From Hypanus sabinus (lineage: Eukaryota): DNA of 64,000 bases. The translations under genes and the position numbers were made by a program. Under the pieces are notes generated by a model, which did no database searches, was not told the DNA's origin, and saw only the letters and a list, made by a program, of their open reading frames with translations. The DNA is taken from the NCBI RefSeq assembly GCF_030144855.1, contig NC_082714.1, positions 131,130,001 through 131,194,000 of the forward strand, in the 5' to 3' direction. Of the stretch, positions 39,413 through 50,350 are shown one piece after another. Position 1 is the stretch's first letter, and the number at the start of each line of letters is the position of its first letter.

Positions 39413-40159
39413 CTTCTTCCTATAGATGATGCCTGGCCTGCTGTGTCCCACCAGCATTTTGTGTGTGTTCTTTGTCCTTCTCCTATTCTCACCTCTCTGT
39501 ATTTAGCTTTATGCACTGCTCTACCAATGCCCAATGTAATCACAGAATAGCACATCAGCTTTCACTGGGCATGCTTCAGCCTATGACGTTCATTTATCTT
39601 ATCATTAATTATAGAGTCTAGTACTTTCCTTGAACAGATAAAGGTTGACTAATACATAATTACGTGTTTCATCTTACTCACCTTTCTCAGACGTATGCTT
39701 TGCACTCAGTCTGAAGCAGCGGTTCGCAAATTGAAAGAATTCCAACCTGCATTTTTTTGTATACATATTAGAAAGCAATCTATTAATTTATTTGTCCATA
39801 TGTACATGTGTTTGTCTTCTAACAATTAAGTAATCTCTACAAATGGGCTGTTATGCACATCAATTCTTATCAAATTTCCAATTTCCACAAAACCTACTTG
39901 TTTGCCAATTTGATCATGATGAGCTGATGAGTTCCACTGTGAAAATGATTGCTTCCAATTTCCCCAGGAGCAAGCCTGCTCCAGCATTTATTAGGATCAT
40001 GGCTGATCTCATTGTAACCTCAGCCCTGCATACCCATCTATCAGCAATAACCTTTCACTTCCTGCTTAACTGATATTTATTTAATGAAGAAAATGCTAGA
40101 AACATTCAGCACATCAAGCAGTATCTGTTGTACAAGAAGCAGAGCTAAGTCATAATTCT

Positions 40160-40345
40160 TGTGTATTTAATATTTCAGTAAATATATTATTTTGATTAAG
40201 CATTCTTTGTTTGTTTAAATAATTCATTACAGGTTATTTGCAAAAGAATGTGAATGGCATACATCGTTATGCCAGCACATCATATTTGGAGCACCACACT
40301 GAAGTAAAACTGAAGTAGACACATTTTCCTGGGGTCTCGTGATTT
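40160..40345 (+). repeat. second copy of the 1648-1872 repeat
   Basis: Direct sequence similarity. Confidence 0.5.
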
Positions 40346-40611
40346 TTTCACTGCTCATTTGGCAACCCAGACGTTCTAGGAATTGGTCGAACAAATAGTC
40401 TCTGAATCGCTTCCAAGACATTATCATCTTCCCTTAAATCAGGTGATTAATACTCTCTTACAATATTTTAGATGTGTTGTCACAAAGGTGCTCTATAACT
40501 GAAGCTAAACAAGTTTAATCCATTGCATTCAATTCCCTGAAGATAGTCAAAAATAATTTATACCATGTTAAAACTCCTTATTCATTACAATTTCAGTAGC
40601 TTCTCCCTATA

Positions 40612-42636
40612 TCAGAATCAGAATCAGATTTATTATCACCAGCATGTGACATGAAATTTGTTAACTTAGCAGCAACAGTTCAATGCAATACATAATATCA
40701 AAGAGAAAAAATAATAATAAATAAATAAAATAAACATAATAAATACACAAGTAAATCAATTATGTATATTGAATAGATTATTTAAAAAATGAGTAAAAAC
40801 AGAAAGGCTTCAAAGTCCACTTTGGAATCGGATGGCAGAGGGGAAGAAGCTGTTCCTGAATCGATGAGTGTGTGCCTTCAGGCTTCTGTATCTCCTACCT
40901 GATGGCAACAGTGAGAAAAGGGCATGCCCTGGGTGCTGGAAGTCTTTAATAACGGACACTGCCTTTCTGAGACACCGCTCCCTGAAGACGTCCTGGGTAC
41001 TTTGTAGGCTAGTGCTCAAGATGGAGCTGACTAGATTTAAAACTTCCTGCAGCTTCTTTCGGTCCTGTGCAGTAGCCCCTCCATACCAGACAGTGACACA
41101 GCCTGTCAGAATGCTCTCCACAGTACAACTATAGAAGTTTTTGAACGTATTTGTTGACATTCCAAATTTCTTCGAACTCCTAGTAAAGTGTAGCCGCTGT
41201 CTTGCCTTCTTTATGACTACATCAAAATGTAGGGACCAAGTTAAGTCCCCAGAGACACCAAAGCACTTGAAGCTGCTCATTCTCTCCACTTCTGATCCCT
41301 CTATGAGGATTGGTATGTGTTCCTTCCTGAAGTCCACAATCAGCTCTTTCGTCTTACTGATGTTCAGTGCCAGGTTCTTTCACCACTCCACTAGTTGGCA
41401 TATCTCACTCCTGTACGCCCTCTAGTCACCACCTGAGATTCTACCAACAATGGTTGTATCATCAGCAAATTTGTAGATGGTGTTTGAGCTATACCTAGCC
41501 ACACAGTAATGCGTATACACAGAGTAGAGCAGTGGGCTAAGCACACACCCCTGAGGTGCACCAGTGTTGATTGTCAGTGAAGAGATAATATTATAACCAA
41601 TCCTCACAGACTGTGGTCTTCCAGTTAGGAAGTCGAGGATCCAATTACAAAGGGAAGTACAGAGGCTCAGGTTCTGCAACTTCTCAATTAGGATTGTGGG
41701 AATGACGGTATTAAATGCTGAGCAGCATCGATGAGCAGTCAATGAACAGAATCCTGACACAGGTGTTTGTGTAGTCCAGGTGGTCTAAAGCCGTGTGAAG
41801 AGCCATGGAGATTGCATCTGTCATTGACTTATTGTGACAACAGGCAAATTGCAATGGATCCATGTCCTTGCTGAGGCAGGAGTTCAGTCTAGTCATAACC
41901 AACCTCTCAAAGCACTTCATCACTGTCAATGTGAGTGCTACCGGGCAATAGTTGTTAAGGCAGCCCACATTATTCTTCTTTGGCACTGGTATAATTGTTG
42001 CCTTTTTAAAGCAAGTGGGAACTTCTGCCCATAGCAGTGAGAGGTTGAAACTGTCCTTGACTACTCCTGCTAGTTGGTTGGCACAGGCTAGTTGGTTGGC
42101 CATACTCCATCGGGACCTTCTGCCTTGCATGGTTTCACTTTCTAACATCGGCCTCTGAGACCACAGGGATCACAGAGTCATCAGGTGCTGCAAGGATCTT
42201 CACAGCTGTAGTTATATTCTCCCTTTCAAAGTGGGTATAGAAGGCATTGAGTTCATCTGGCAGTGAAGCATTGCTGCCATTCATGCTATTGGGTTTCGCT
42301 TTGTAGGAGGTAATGTCCTGCAGTCCCTGCCAGAGTTGCCATGCACCTGATAACCCCTCCAACCTCATTCGAAATTGTCCCTTTGCCCTTTGCCTTCTGC
42401 AAATCATACCTGGTTTTCTGGTACAGGCCTAGGTTGCCAGACTTGAATGCCACAGATCAATCCTTCAGCAGACAACATACCTCCTGGTTCATCCACTGCT
42501 TTTGGTTTGGGAACATACAGTAAGTCTTAGTAGGCACACACTAAAAACACAGGTTTTAATGAAGTTGGTAACAACTGCAGCATACTCATCCAGATTCAAA
42601 GATGAATCCCTGAATACAGTCCAGTCCACCGATTCA
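40612..42636 (-). mobile_element. Rex1/Babar-like LINE, 5'-truncated
   Basis: [50 protein letters not shown]; (ATCAGA)n tail. Confidence 0.92.
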
Positions 42637-43195
42637 GTTTAGGTACGTCCAATGGTTGGTAAGTAGCATACAATTTTGCAACTTTCAATAAATTTTCCTT
42701 TGTTCTCAACTAACATTTGGGTTAAATTTGGGTTAACCCAAAAATTAATATCCTATTAATTACCAAAGCTACATACTTGTAGTTTGCAACAACAATAAAC
42801 CTTGCCCTATTCAGAGCTCACACCATATCACTCAATATGTCTTTGTTTCCACATTACTGTCATCAATTCATAGATTGCAGCAACCAACAGCAGCCAGGAT
42901 AGTGATTAATAGCATATAAGAGTATCGTTATGACAAAACTACTCCCATTTTGACTCATTAAGTTCAACATCTCAGCCAAGGGAAGCATTATTCTTTCCTC
43001 TATTGTGTCAAACTGGATAAGAGTTTTGTATGTTCCAGTATAGATCTAGACTGCTCTATCACTCCATTCCAGGAATCAATTCATTGAACTTTTGTTGTGC
43101 AGTTAAATATATTCTCCATTAGGTCGGGAGACCAGGCCCATGCTCAACGTCCAAAGTGCAGTTTCACCAAGATCATTTGAAACTTCATTAAGTAT

Positions 43196-43440
43196 GTAGT
43201 TGAAGCTGTTGCTGGGACAGGTGACATGTTACGTAAGGTCATTCCTCACTGGAGTGCATTCTAGTTAAACGCTCTATCTCACTGAGGTTAATCCGGGGGA
43301 GCTGCTCACTGAACACCCTGGGCAGAAGTGGCTACTGCTGAGAAGCTTCCTTCTCTTCCTCCTCTGTTCCAGCAGCTTGCCTATTGTGTGTGCACTCCCC
43401 TTACTCTTCTAGTCATGCTGTACTCCTTCCATATGGAGAC
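43196..43440 (-). pseudogene. possible ancient Harbinger (HARBI1-like) transposase N-terminal fragment
   Basis: Minus frame RVFSEQLPRINLSEIERLTRMHSSEE*PYVTCHLSQQQLQ preceded by a basic RRKRRK patch; spacing fits my recollection of the RVFR..YLNLSEEQC.RRLRF.KE....CHLL..QL motif. Confidence 0.4.
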
Positions 43441-43880
43441 CAACAATATCAAAAACATGCATTTATAAATTGCAGCATCAATCAATACAAGTTAATCACA
43501 AAATAGCTTGCAAAAAGAAAATGGTGGATATCCTACTGCTACTGAATGCACAGTCATCATATGGAAGGATATACTGTTCCCAAATTAACAGTAACAGGTT
43601 GCATTTTATAAAAGAGATATCCTTATGCCCTTACCTGTATCCTTTATATCATTATATTTTCCCCACACCAATCATCAGTGGCAGAGCTGATAAACATTTT
43701 ATTCTCCTGATCACAAGATATTTTTCTCTGCTTTACAACTTCACTTTATTACATCTGATGACGGATCATTGACCCAAAGCATTAATTCCATTTCTCATCC
43801 TACCTGACACGCTGAGTATTCCCCCCAAAAGGCGATGCCTCAGAAAGGCAGCATCAATCATTAAGGATTCCGTAACCCAG

Positions 43881-44342
43881 TGTCACAACCATGAACTCTG
43901 CTGTGGAATCTGCATGTCCTCACAGGTGAGCTGCGGATCAAGTTTGGCAATCACGCTTGTGCGTATACACGTACCAGCCAATTTGCGTTTCATTGTGGTG
44001 GTATTTAACTTCCTTCCTCTCGTTCCAGTCTTCTTGAGACTTGACCAAAAGCATAGCAACATCTATGCTCCATGCGTACCTTCCTTGTTGTTCCAGGAAA
44101 GAAGACTACCATTTAAATTGATACTGTAAAGGAGCAGTATTCATTTAATATTAAGTTACTGCTTCCTAGCTGCAATGTCAGCATTAGCTTTCAGTTTGAG
44201 AGTTTTGGTTAACGGCCCAGTTGGCCTAGTGCTTATTGTTTTCCCTTTAAATTTGCACAGTTCTTATGAAAAGTCAGTGAGCTGTTCTTCTGCTTCAGTG
44301 TCTCTCTCTCTGCACGTGGGCCATAACCGCACACTTGTATCA
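43881..44342 (+). repeat. 5' LTR of chromovirus
   Basis: TGTCA...TGTATCA; homologous to 52990-53415; gag ATG follows at 44362. Confidence 0.88.
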
Positions 44343-44894
44343 GCAAGTCTCAAACACTAAAATGGACCCACTGAAGAGAGAACAGTTGATCGCAGCCATG
44401 AATTTCACTGGGCAGGTAAGAAAGATGCTAAAGGCAGTAAAAGCTGGTTTGGCTGATGTACCTCGTACTGTGTGATAGCTACTGGCAGAGTGGTAAGCCC
44501 CTTCCAAATCAAAGTTTGTTGGTCAGATGGAGGAATTAAATTTAATGGAGTCTGAGTTTGCTGAATTGGCTCATGAAGTGCGACAATTACTTTCAGATTG
44601 GCAACAGGAAGAATAGGTGTCAGCACTTGCAATGACTGTTCGGTGACTCACCACAGACAGCCATACTCAGGTACAGTTGACCTTCACTAATCTGACTACC
44701 TGTAATCTGGTTTCTTCAATAATCCGGCACAAATTTCGAATTTTACACGCAACTGTAATTTCAAATTTCCTGGGCCACCGTACCAATCTGTTGCGCATTG
44801 TTTTGGTTGCGCTAGATCTGTTCATGTGTTGGCACACTCTTGTAAGCACAGACCGGTGATTCCTGCTTGTTTTCCTGCATTTATTAATGTCATT

Positions 44895-45025
44895 TGCGTG
44901 AGGCGCGGCGATCTGGCACCCACCGTCTCACCCGCCAGTGGCAGGGGAGCTGGCACGCACTGGGTTGGTCCGCCTGCTGTCAGTCACGCACTGCCCTCCG
45001 GCATCACTCTGTTCTCTCCTGCCTA
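44895..45025 (+). other. probable ITS2 3' end (rDNA spacer) fragment
   Basis: GC-rich block directly contiguous with the 28S 5' terminus; identity inferred from position. Confidence 0.55.
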
Positions 45026-45050
45026 CTACCTCAGATCAGATGTGGCGACA

Positions 45051-45082
<32 letters not shown>

Positions 45083-45192
45083 GAAGCAGCTAACAAGGAT
45101 TCCCTCAGTAACTGTAAATGAAGAGGGAAGAGCCCAGTGCCAAATCCCCGGCCACCTGGCGGTCGCGTGAAATGTGGCGTATAGAAGACCTC
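45026..45192 (+). rRNA. 28S rRNA 5'-end pseudogenic fragment (~165 nt)
   Basis: ACCTCAGATCAGATGTGGCGACACGCTGAATTTAAGCATATTACTAAGCGGAGGAGAAGCAGCTAACAAGGATTCCCTCAGTAAC..GAAGAGCCCAG..AAATGTGGCGTATAGAAGACC follows the vertebrate 28S 5' end, with CpG-type substitutions. Confidence 0.95.
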
Positions 45193-46469
45193 CTTTCTCC
45201 AACTTCTGCTTCTGCTCACCCAGATGTGCTGCCATCAACATCGACAGTTTTTGAAGAAACTGTTGTACCAGTCTCAGCACTAATCCGGCACTCCTCAGGT
45301 CCCAATAGTGCCGGATTATAAAATGTTGACCTGTAGCAGCCACTACTGCTCTTGCTGCTGCACTTCAGCAGCAGTAGCCTTCAGCCGGTACAGTCTCACT
45401 CCCAGCATCTATATACATCTTCCTCTGTAACAGAGATATCAGCCTCAGCTCCTAATGCCTTAATTCCCTGAACAGTTTCCAGATCAGAGCTGAGCATTCC
45501 TCCACAAGACAGATACTCTGGTAATCCCAACAGCTGTAGGAACTTAATACCCAGCGTAAGCTGACTTTCCAAGTCCTGCCATGTCAATTTAGAGATGATG
45601 CGCGTAAACTGTCTTACCTGGTGAATCTTTTAGATGGACCCTTACTCAGCCTGTTCAATGAGAACAAGGATTCTCCCCCCCCCCCACCACAGCCCAGATC
45701 TTCCATAAATTCATGATTGATTTCAAGAGTGTTTGATCTTCCAGTATGAGGTCATGTGGCAGCCCACCAACTCCTGGACTGATGCAAAGGGAAAGAAACA
45801 GAGAGGGACTATGCAGTAAAGTTCCACACACCTGCGATGGAGCTGGGGTTGCATGAGAGATACCTCATCACTGCTTTCCAGCATAGACTGATAGCAGGGG
45901 ATTCAACATGAGATCACTCTGCATGGTGTGCTGGGCAGTCTAGATGGCCTGGTAAATCAATTGGCAACCAGGCAATTGGGTGGCCCAGTGAAAGAATGTT
46001 CTAAGCTTCCTGCTCTTTAGATCACCGTCTGCTTTCACTCTCTCCCTCATCAACCAGTACCCATTCCATGGAGGAGCCTTTGCAAGAGGAATGAGATTGA
46101 TGAAGAAGAACAGATCTCTGCATCTTCTGTGGTGATTCATAACGTCCCAACCACAAAGTAAAGTCCCAAGCACCCAGTATAAAGGGATATCCATTAGCAT
46201 GAAGGGGAACTCTGATGTGTCAATTCTCCCAGCAAGCATCTTCTCCTAATCACATAATGCTCCCGGCTTCTTTGTCATGGGGATCCCAGACCTCTGAGCT
46301 TCAGGCATTTACCGACTCCAGTGCATCCAGGTACATCTCTCTGGCTCAAAGTTGTAGAATCCTGACTCAGCATTTGAGAGAGAATATCATTGTCAAGACT
46401 CTGAACGGTCAGCCTATGGGCACTGGCAAGATCCACCTTTCCACAGGAGCCCTCCAGCTTTACTTCTAT

Positions 46470-49149
46470 TGTGGCGGCCCACACACGCCGGACTTGAACC
46501 GCCATCGGGAGCCGTGGACAGACACATGGTAGCGCATTTGGAACGACCCACCCGGGGTGGACCTTCCGAGGGCAGACTGACGACACGTCCGCCCAGCGGG
46601 TCGCAGGGGCCCATGGGAGGGGAGATTTTGAATCAGTAAAGGCATTCTGAGTTCAGCTCTCTCTACCTCCGTGTGTTTCTTTAGTGGCACATTGTGCGCA
46701 ACGACATTGGCAACTCCTACGTTGCAGACAGTATCTGGAGCCGGCAGCTCAGTGACCAGCCATGAGTTCGAGCAACTCGCACAGCGCGGTCTCTCTGAAG
46801 TTCCCAACTTTCTGGGCCACTCAGCCCCACGTTTGGTTCGAGCAGGCTGAGGCCCAGTTCAGTATCAGAGACATTACAGCCGACGCCACGTGGTTCTACT
46901 ACGTGGTCAGCACGCTCCACCAGGAGACGGCAGGCTGGATCGTCGACTTCCTACGCCAGCCACCAACAGAGGACGAAGCTTAAGGTGCTCCTGATCTGTA
47001 CCTTCGGACTCTCCCGCCACAAACGGGTGGCACAGCTCCTACACGTGGACACATGCCATCTGAGCTCATGTATGACATGCTGGCGCTCATGGACGGCCAT
47101 AAGCCATGCCTTTTATTTGAACAGTTGTTCCTCGAGCAAATGCTAGAGGACATTTGCCTCCTCCTCGCGAGTGAGGATTTCAGCAACCCACGCAGTGTCG
47201 CAGCTAAAGCAGATGCCCTTTGGCAGAGCAAGCAACATGGAGCAGCCTCCACTGGCCTAGCCACGATCACGCACCCCAAAGCCCAGGCCCCGCAACCGAA
47301 GCCATCAAGACCCACGGGGGAAAAGACGAAAGTTTGGAACAATGGTGTTTCTAGCACCAAAGATGGTGCTCAGGCATGTGCCGTGCTGTCCACCATGTGC
47401 TTTTCCAGGAAACGCCAAGGCCAGCCGTCGCTAATGGCTACGATGGCTGGCCACCGAGACAGCCTCCTGGACCTCTGGGTCCGACACTCCGGGCGGTGCT
47501 TCCTGGTAGACACCAGGGTCAAAGTCAGCGTAACCCCCCCCTTGAACTTGGAAACTCATAACGCAGTCCCAGGCCCCGAACTCACTGCTGCAAACGGCAC
47601 CAGTATTTGGACGAACAACCCACGAATTATCTCACTGCATTCAGGTTCAGCCGTTTCACTTGGACTTTCACGTTGGCAGCGGTGTCACAGCCACTACTAG
47701 GGGCAGACTTCCTAAGAGCCAACTGCCTCCTGGTCGGCCTAAAAGGCTGGCATTTGGTCCACACTGAGACGTTCCAGACATTCCAGCTCGGAGAAGCCAA
47801 GCCAAGCCAAGCTTCGGAGAAGCCCTCCACCTGGATTCTGTGACCCTCTCGGGTAACGAATTTGCAAGGGTGTTGGCGTAATTCCCCTCCACAGTCACCC
47901 TGCATTTCTCCATGGCCGACCCCAAGCATGGCGTGCAGCACCACATCTCCACACAAGGACCGCCGCTGCATGCCCGAGCTCTCAGGCTCCCACCCAACAA
48001 TCTCCACCTCGCTAAGGAGGAGTTCTGTAAGACAGAAGAGATGGGAATCATACACCGCTCAGACAGCCTGTGGGCATCCCCACTGCATGTGGTGCCCAAG
48101 TCCGCAGGAGGATGGAGGTCCTGTGGAGACTACAGAAGGCTCAATGACACCACAACTGCTGACAGATACCCGGTACCCCACATCCAGGACTTCACGGTGA
48201 ACCTGCACGGAGCAACCATCTTCTTGAAAATCGACCTGGTCAGGGGATACCATCAGATCCCAGTGCACCCCGACAACGTGCCCAAGACAGCCCTCATCAC
48301 GCCATTCGGCTTGTTCAAATTCTTGCAGATGCCTTTTGGTCTCAAGAATGCAGCCCAAAGTTTCCAAAGGCTCATGGACTCGGTGGGACGCGGCCTGGCT
48401 TTCATTTTCATTTACTTGGATGATATCCTGGTGGCCAGCAGTTGATGTACCCATGGCACTCACAGTCGACGCTTCCGACACGGCAGTTGGCAGAGTCCTG
48501 TAGCAGCTCGTTGAGGACCAGTGGCGACCACTCCCTTTCTTCAGCCGGCACCTACGGCCACCGGAGGTGAAGTACAGCGCCTTCGACAGAGAGTTGCTAG
48601 AGCTGTACCTGGCTGTCCGGCATTTCCGGTACCTCATCGAGGGAAGGGAGTTCACAATGTATACGGACCACAAGCCCCTCACCTTCGCACTGGCCAAAGT
48701 ATCAGACCCATGGTCAGCTCGGCAACAGAGGCAGTTGTCCTTCATTTCAGAATTCACCACGGACGTCCACCACATTGCAGGGAAGAACAACGTCGTCACT
48801 GACACACTGTCTCCCCCCGCCTCCACTCAGCAGGCATATCGTCCTCAGGAATAGACTACACAGCAGTGGCGGAAGCACAACAGTCGCATACCGAGCTCCC
48901 AGCTTACCGCACCACCATTTCAGGGCTCCAGTTGGAGGATGTCTCCATTGGCCCAGCAGCAGATTGACTCCTGTGTGACGTGTCTACCGGCAAACCCCAA
49001 CCCGTGGTACCAGCAGCATGGAGGCGCGGGATGTTCCACACAGTGCACGACCTGGCCCACCCGTCCATCCATCAAGCTGGTAGCGGACAGATTTGTCTGG
49101 CACAGTTTGCGCAAACAGGTCGGACAATGGGCCAGGACCTGCGTACACT
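46470..49149 (+). mobile_element. CsRn1-like Gypsy retrotransposon, 5' part (LTR, PBS, gag, PR, RT, RNase H, integrase N-terminus)
   Basis: LTR 46470-46706 after CTAT; degenerate tRNA-Trp PBS TGGCAACTCCTACG (vs TGGTGACCCCGACG); AVSLKFPTFW..WFEQAEAQF; FLVDT; WASPLHVVPK..GDYRRLN..MPFGLKNAAQSFQR..YLDD; YSAFDRELL..YTDHKPL. Confidence 0.9.
47912..48445 (+). pseudogene. pol: reverse transcriptase of the CsRn1-like element; RT C-terminus/connection deleted after YLDDILVASS
   Basis: 177 aa ORF with RT motifs, followed immediately by RNase H (ALTVDASDTAVG). Confidence 0.88.
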
Positions 49150-49215
49150 GCCAGGATAGGTCTGGGTGTTGCTGCACTGAGGCAGTGATGAGGCGTCACT
49201 TTAGTTCCGAGAATG

Positions 49216-49375
49216 GCTGGGGGGGCGGGGTATGTTAATAGGCTTGAACTGGACTCAGACAGCTAGACAGACGCTGGTCCCCTCTCTTGGATTATCATTG
49301 AGAACTAATCGATGTGTTATGTCAAGCTGGCCAAGGCCAAGCACCAGCGGCCTTTGAGGTGAATGAACAAGATAG
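49216..49375 (-). pseudogene. inverted continuation of the chromovirus protease
   Basis: After TSD CTAT (ATAG at 49372-49375) the minus strand reads LVHSPQRPLVLGL, continuing LQLYFY from 46450-46469. Confidence 0.75.
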
Positions 49376-50350
49376 TGTAGTCATGCGCAACGCGCTACGA
49401 AAGAAACACACGGAGGCAGAGAGAGCTGAAATCAGAATGCCTTTACTGATTCAAAATCGTGTGCTTAAATCTCCCCTCCCATGGGGCGGACATGATGTCA
49501 GACTGTCCCCGGAAGGTCCGCCCCGAGTGGGTAGTTCCAAACGTGCTACCGCATGTCTGCCCACGGCTCCCGATGGTGGTTCGAGTCCCATGTGTGCGGG
49601 CCACCCCCCCCCCCCCAAGAAACGTCCATCGGGGGAGTGGAGCCCCCAGACTGGGTGGCCGGTCTAGCCGGCGCGGTGCGGGTACCCTCACTGGTTGCTC
49701 AATGTCCACGTGTGCCGGTTTGAGACGGTCCACTGTAAAAGTCTCTTCCTGGCCACCCACCTCCATGACACACGTGGTTCTGTTGTGCCGGATCGCTTTG
49801 AAGGGTTTCTCATACAGTCACTGTTGAGGTGACCTGTGCACGCCCCTGCGAATAAAAACATACTCACAGTCTCGGAGGTCTTTAGGTGTGAAGGATGGCG
49901 TGGGACCACGCCCGGAGATCAGGATCAGTGCCAGGGTCCCTGCCTTGTCCCGCAGCCTTGTTAGCACTGCTGCTGGAGTTTCTTCCGACCCTCGGACTTT
50001 TGGTATGAACTCGTCTGGGACCATCAGGGGGGTGTTGTAGACCAATTCTGCCAAGGAGTTGTCCAGGTCCTCCATGGGGGCTGTGTGGATGCCCAGTAGG
50101 ACCCAGTGAAGCTCATCTGTCCAGTTGGGGCCCCTGAGGCACGCCATCAGGGCCGACTTGAGATGCCTGTGGAATCTCTCTACCAAATCATTGGACTGGG
50201 GATGGTACGCTGTGACGTGATGCAGCTGGGGCCCAGGAGCTGCGCCAGTGCTGTCCACAAACCAGACTTGAATTGTGCCCCTCTGCCGGAGGTGATGTCT
50301 GTTGGGAGACCAAACCTGGCGATCCAGTTTTCAATGAGCATCCAGGCACA
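49376..50350 (-). mobile_element. CsRn1-like element 3' part (integrase core, PPT, 3' LTR) in inverted orientation
   Basis: WIARFGLPTDITSGRGAQF, TAYHPQSNDLVERFHR, TVDRLKPAH; G-run PPT at ~49604-49616; LTR 49376-~49607 is the reverse complement of 46470-46706. Confidence 0.9.

Larger units (their letters stand above)
44674..45333. mobile_element. pogo/Tigger-like MITE carrying an rDNA fragment
   Basis: TA at 44672-3 and 45334-5; imperfect TIRs CAGTTGACCTTCACTAATCTGAC / revcomp CAGGTCAACATTTTATAATCCGGC; subterminal TAATCCGGCAC repeats at 44720 and 45281, inverted at 45308; gag frame resumes when the element is removed. Confidence 0.75.
44362..46150 (+). pseudogene. gag: chromovirus gag (interrupted by MITE at 44674-45333)
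   Basis: MDPLKREQL..EFAELAHEVRQLL..HTQV|AATTALAAALQQQ..ELSIPPQDRYSGNPNSCR; several stops and frameshifts. Confidence 0.7.

Noticed and set aside
43914-44360. Hydrophobic ORFs here and at 53074-53353 as env or membrane proteins
   Set aside because: They lie inside the two LTRs and reflect T-rich composition
45026-45192. Functional rRNA gene or rDNA array
   Set aside because: Only ~165 nt of 28S, no 5.8S or 18S, CpG-type substitutions, and embedded in a MITE
46470-49610. DIRS-like or other element with genuine inverted terminal repeats
   Set aside because: The inverted LTR travels with PPT, DDE integrase, TSD and outer-element sequence, so it is a secondary inversion of a direct-LTR Gypsy; no tyrosine recombinase is present
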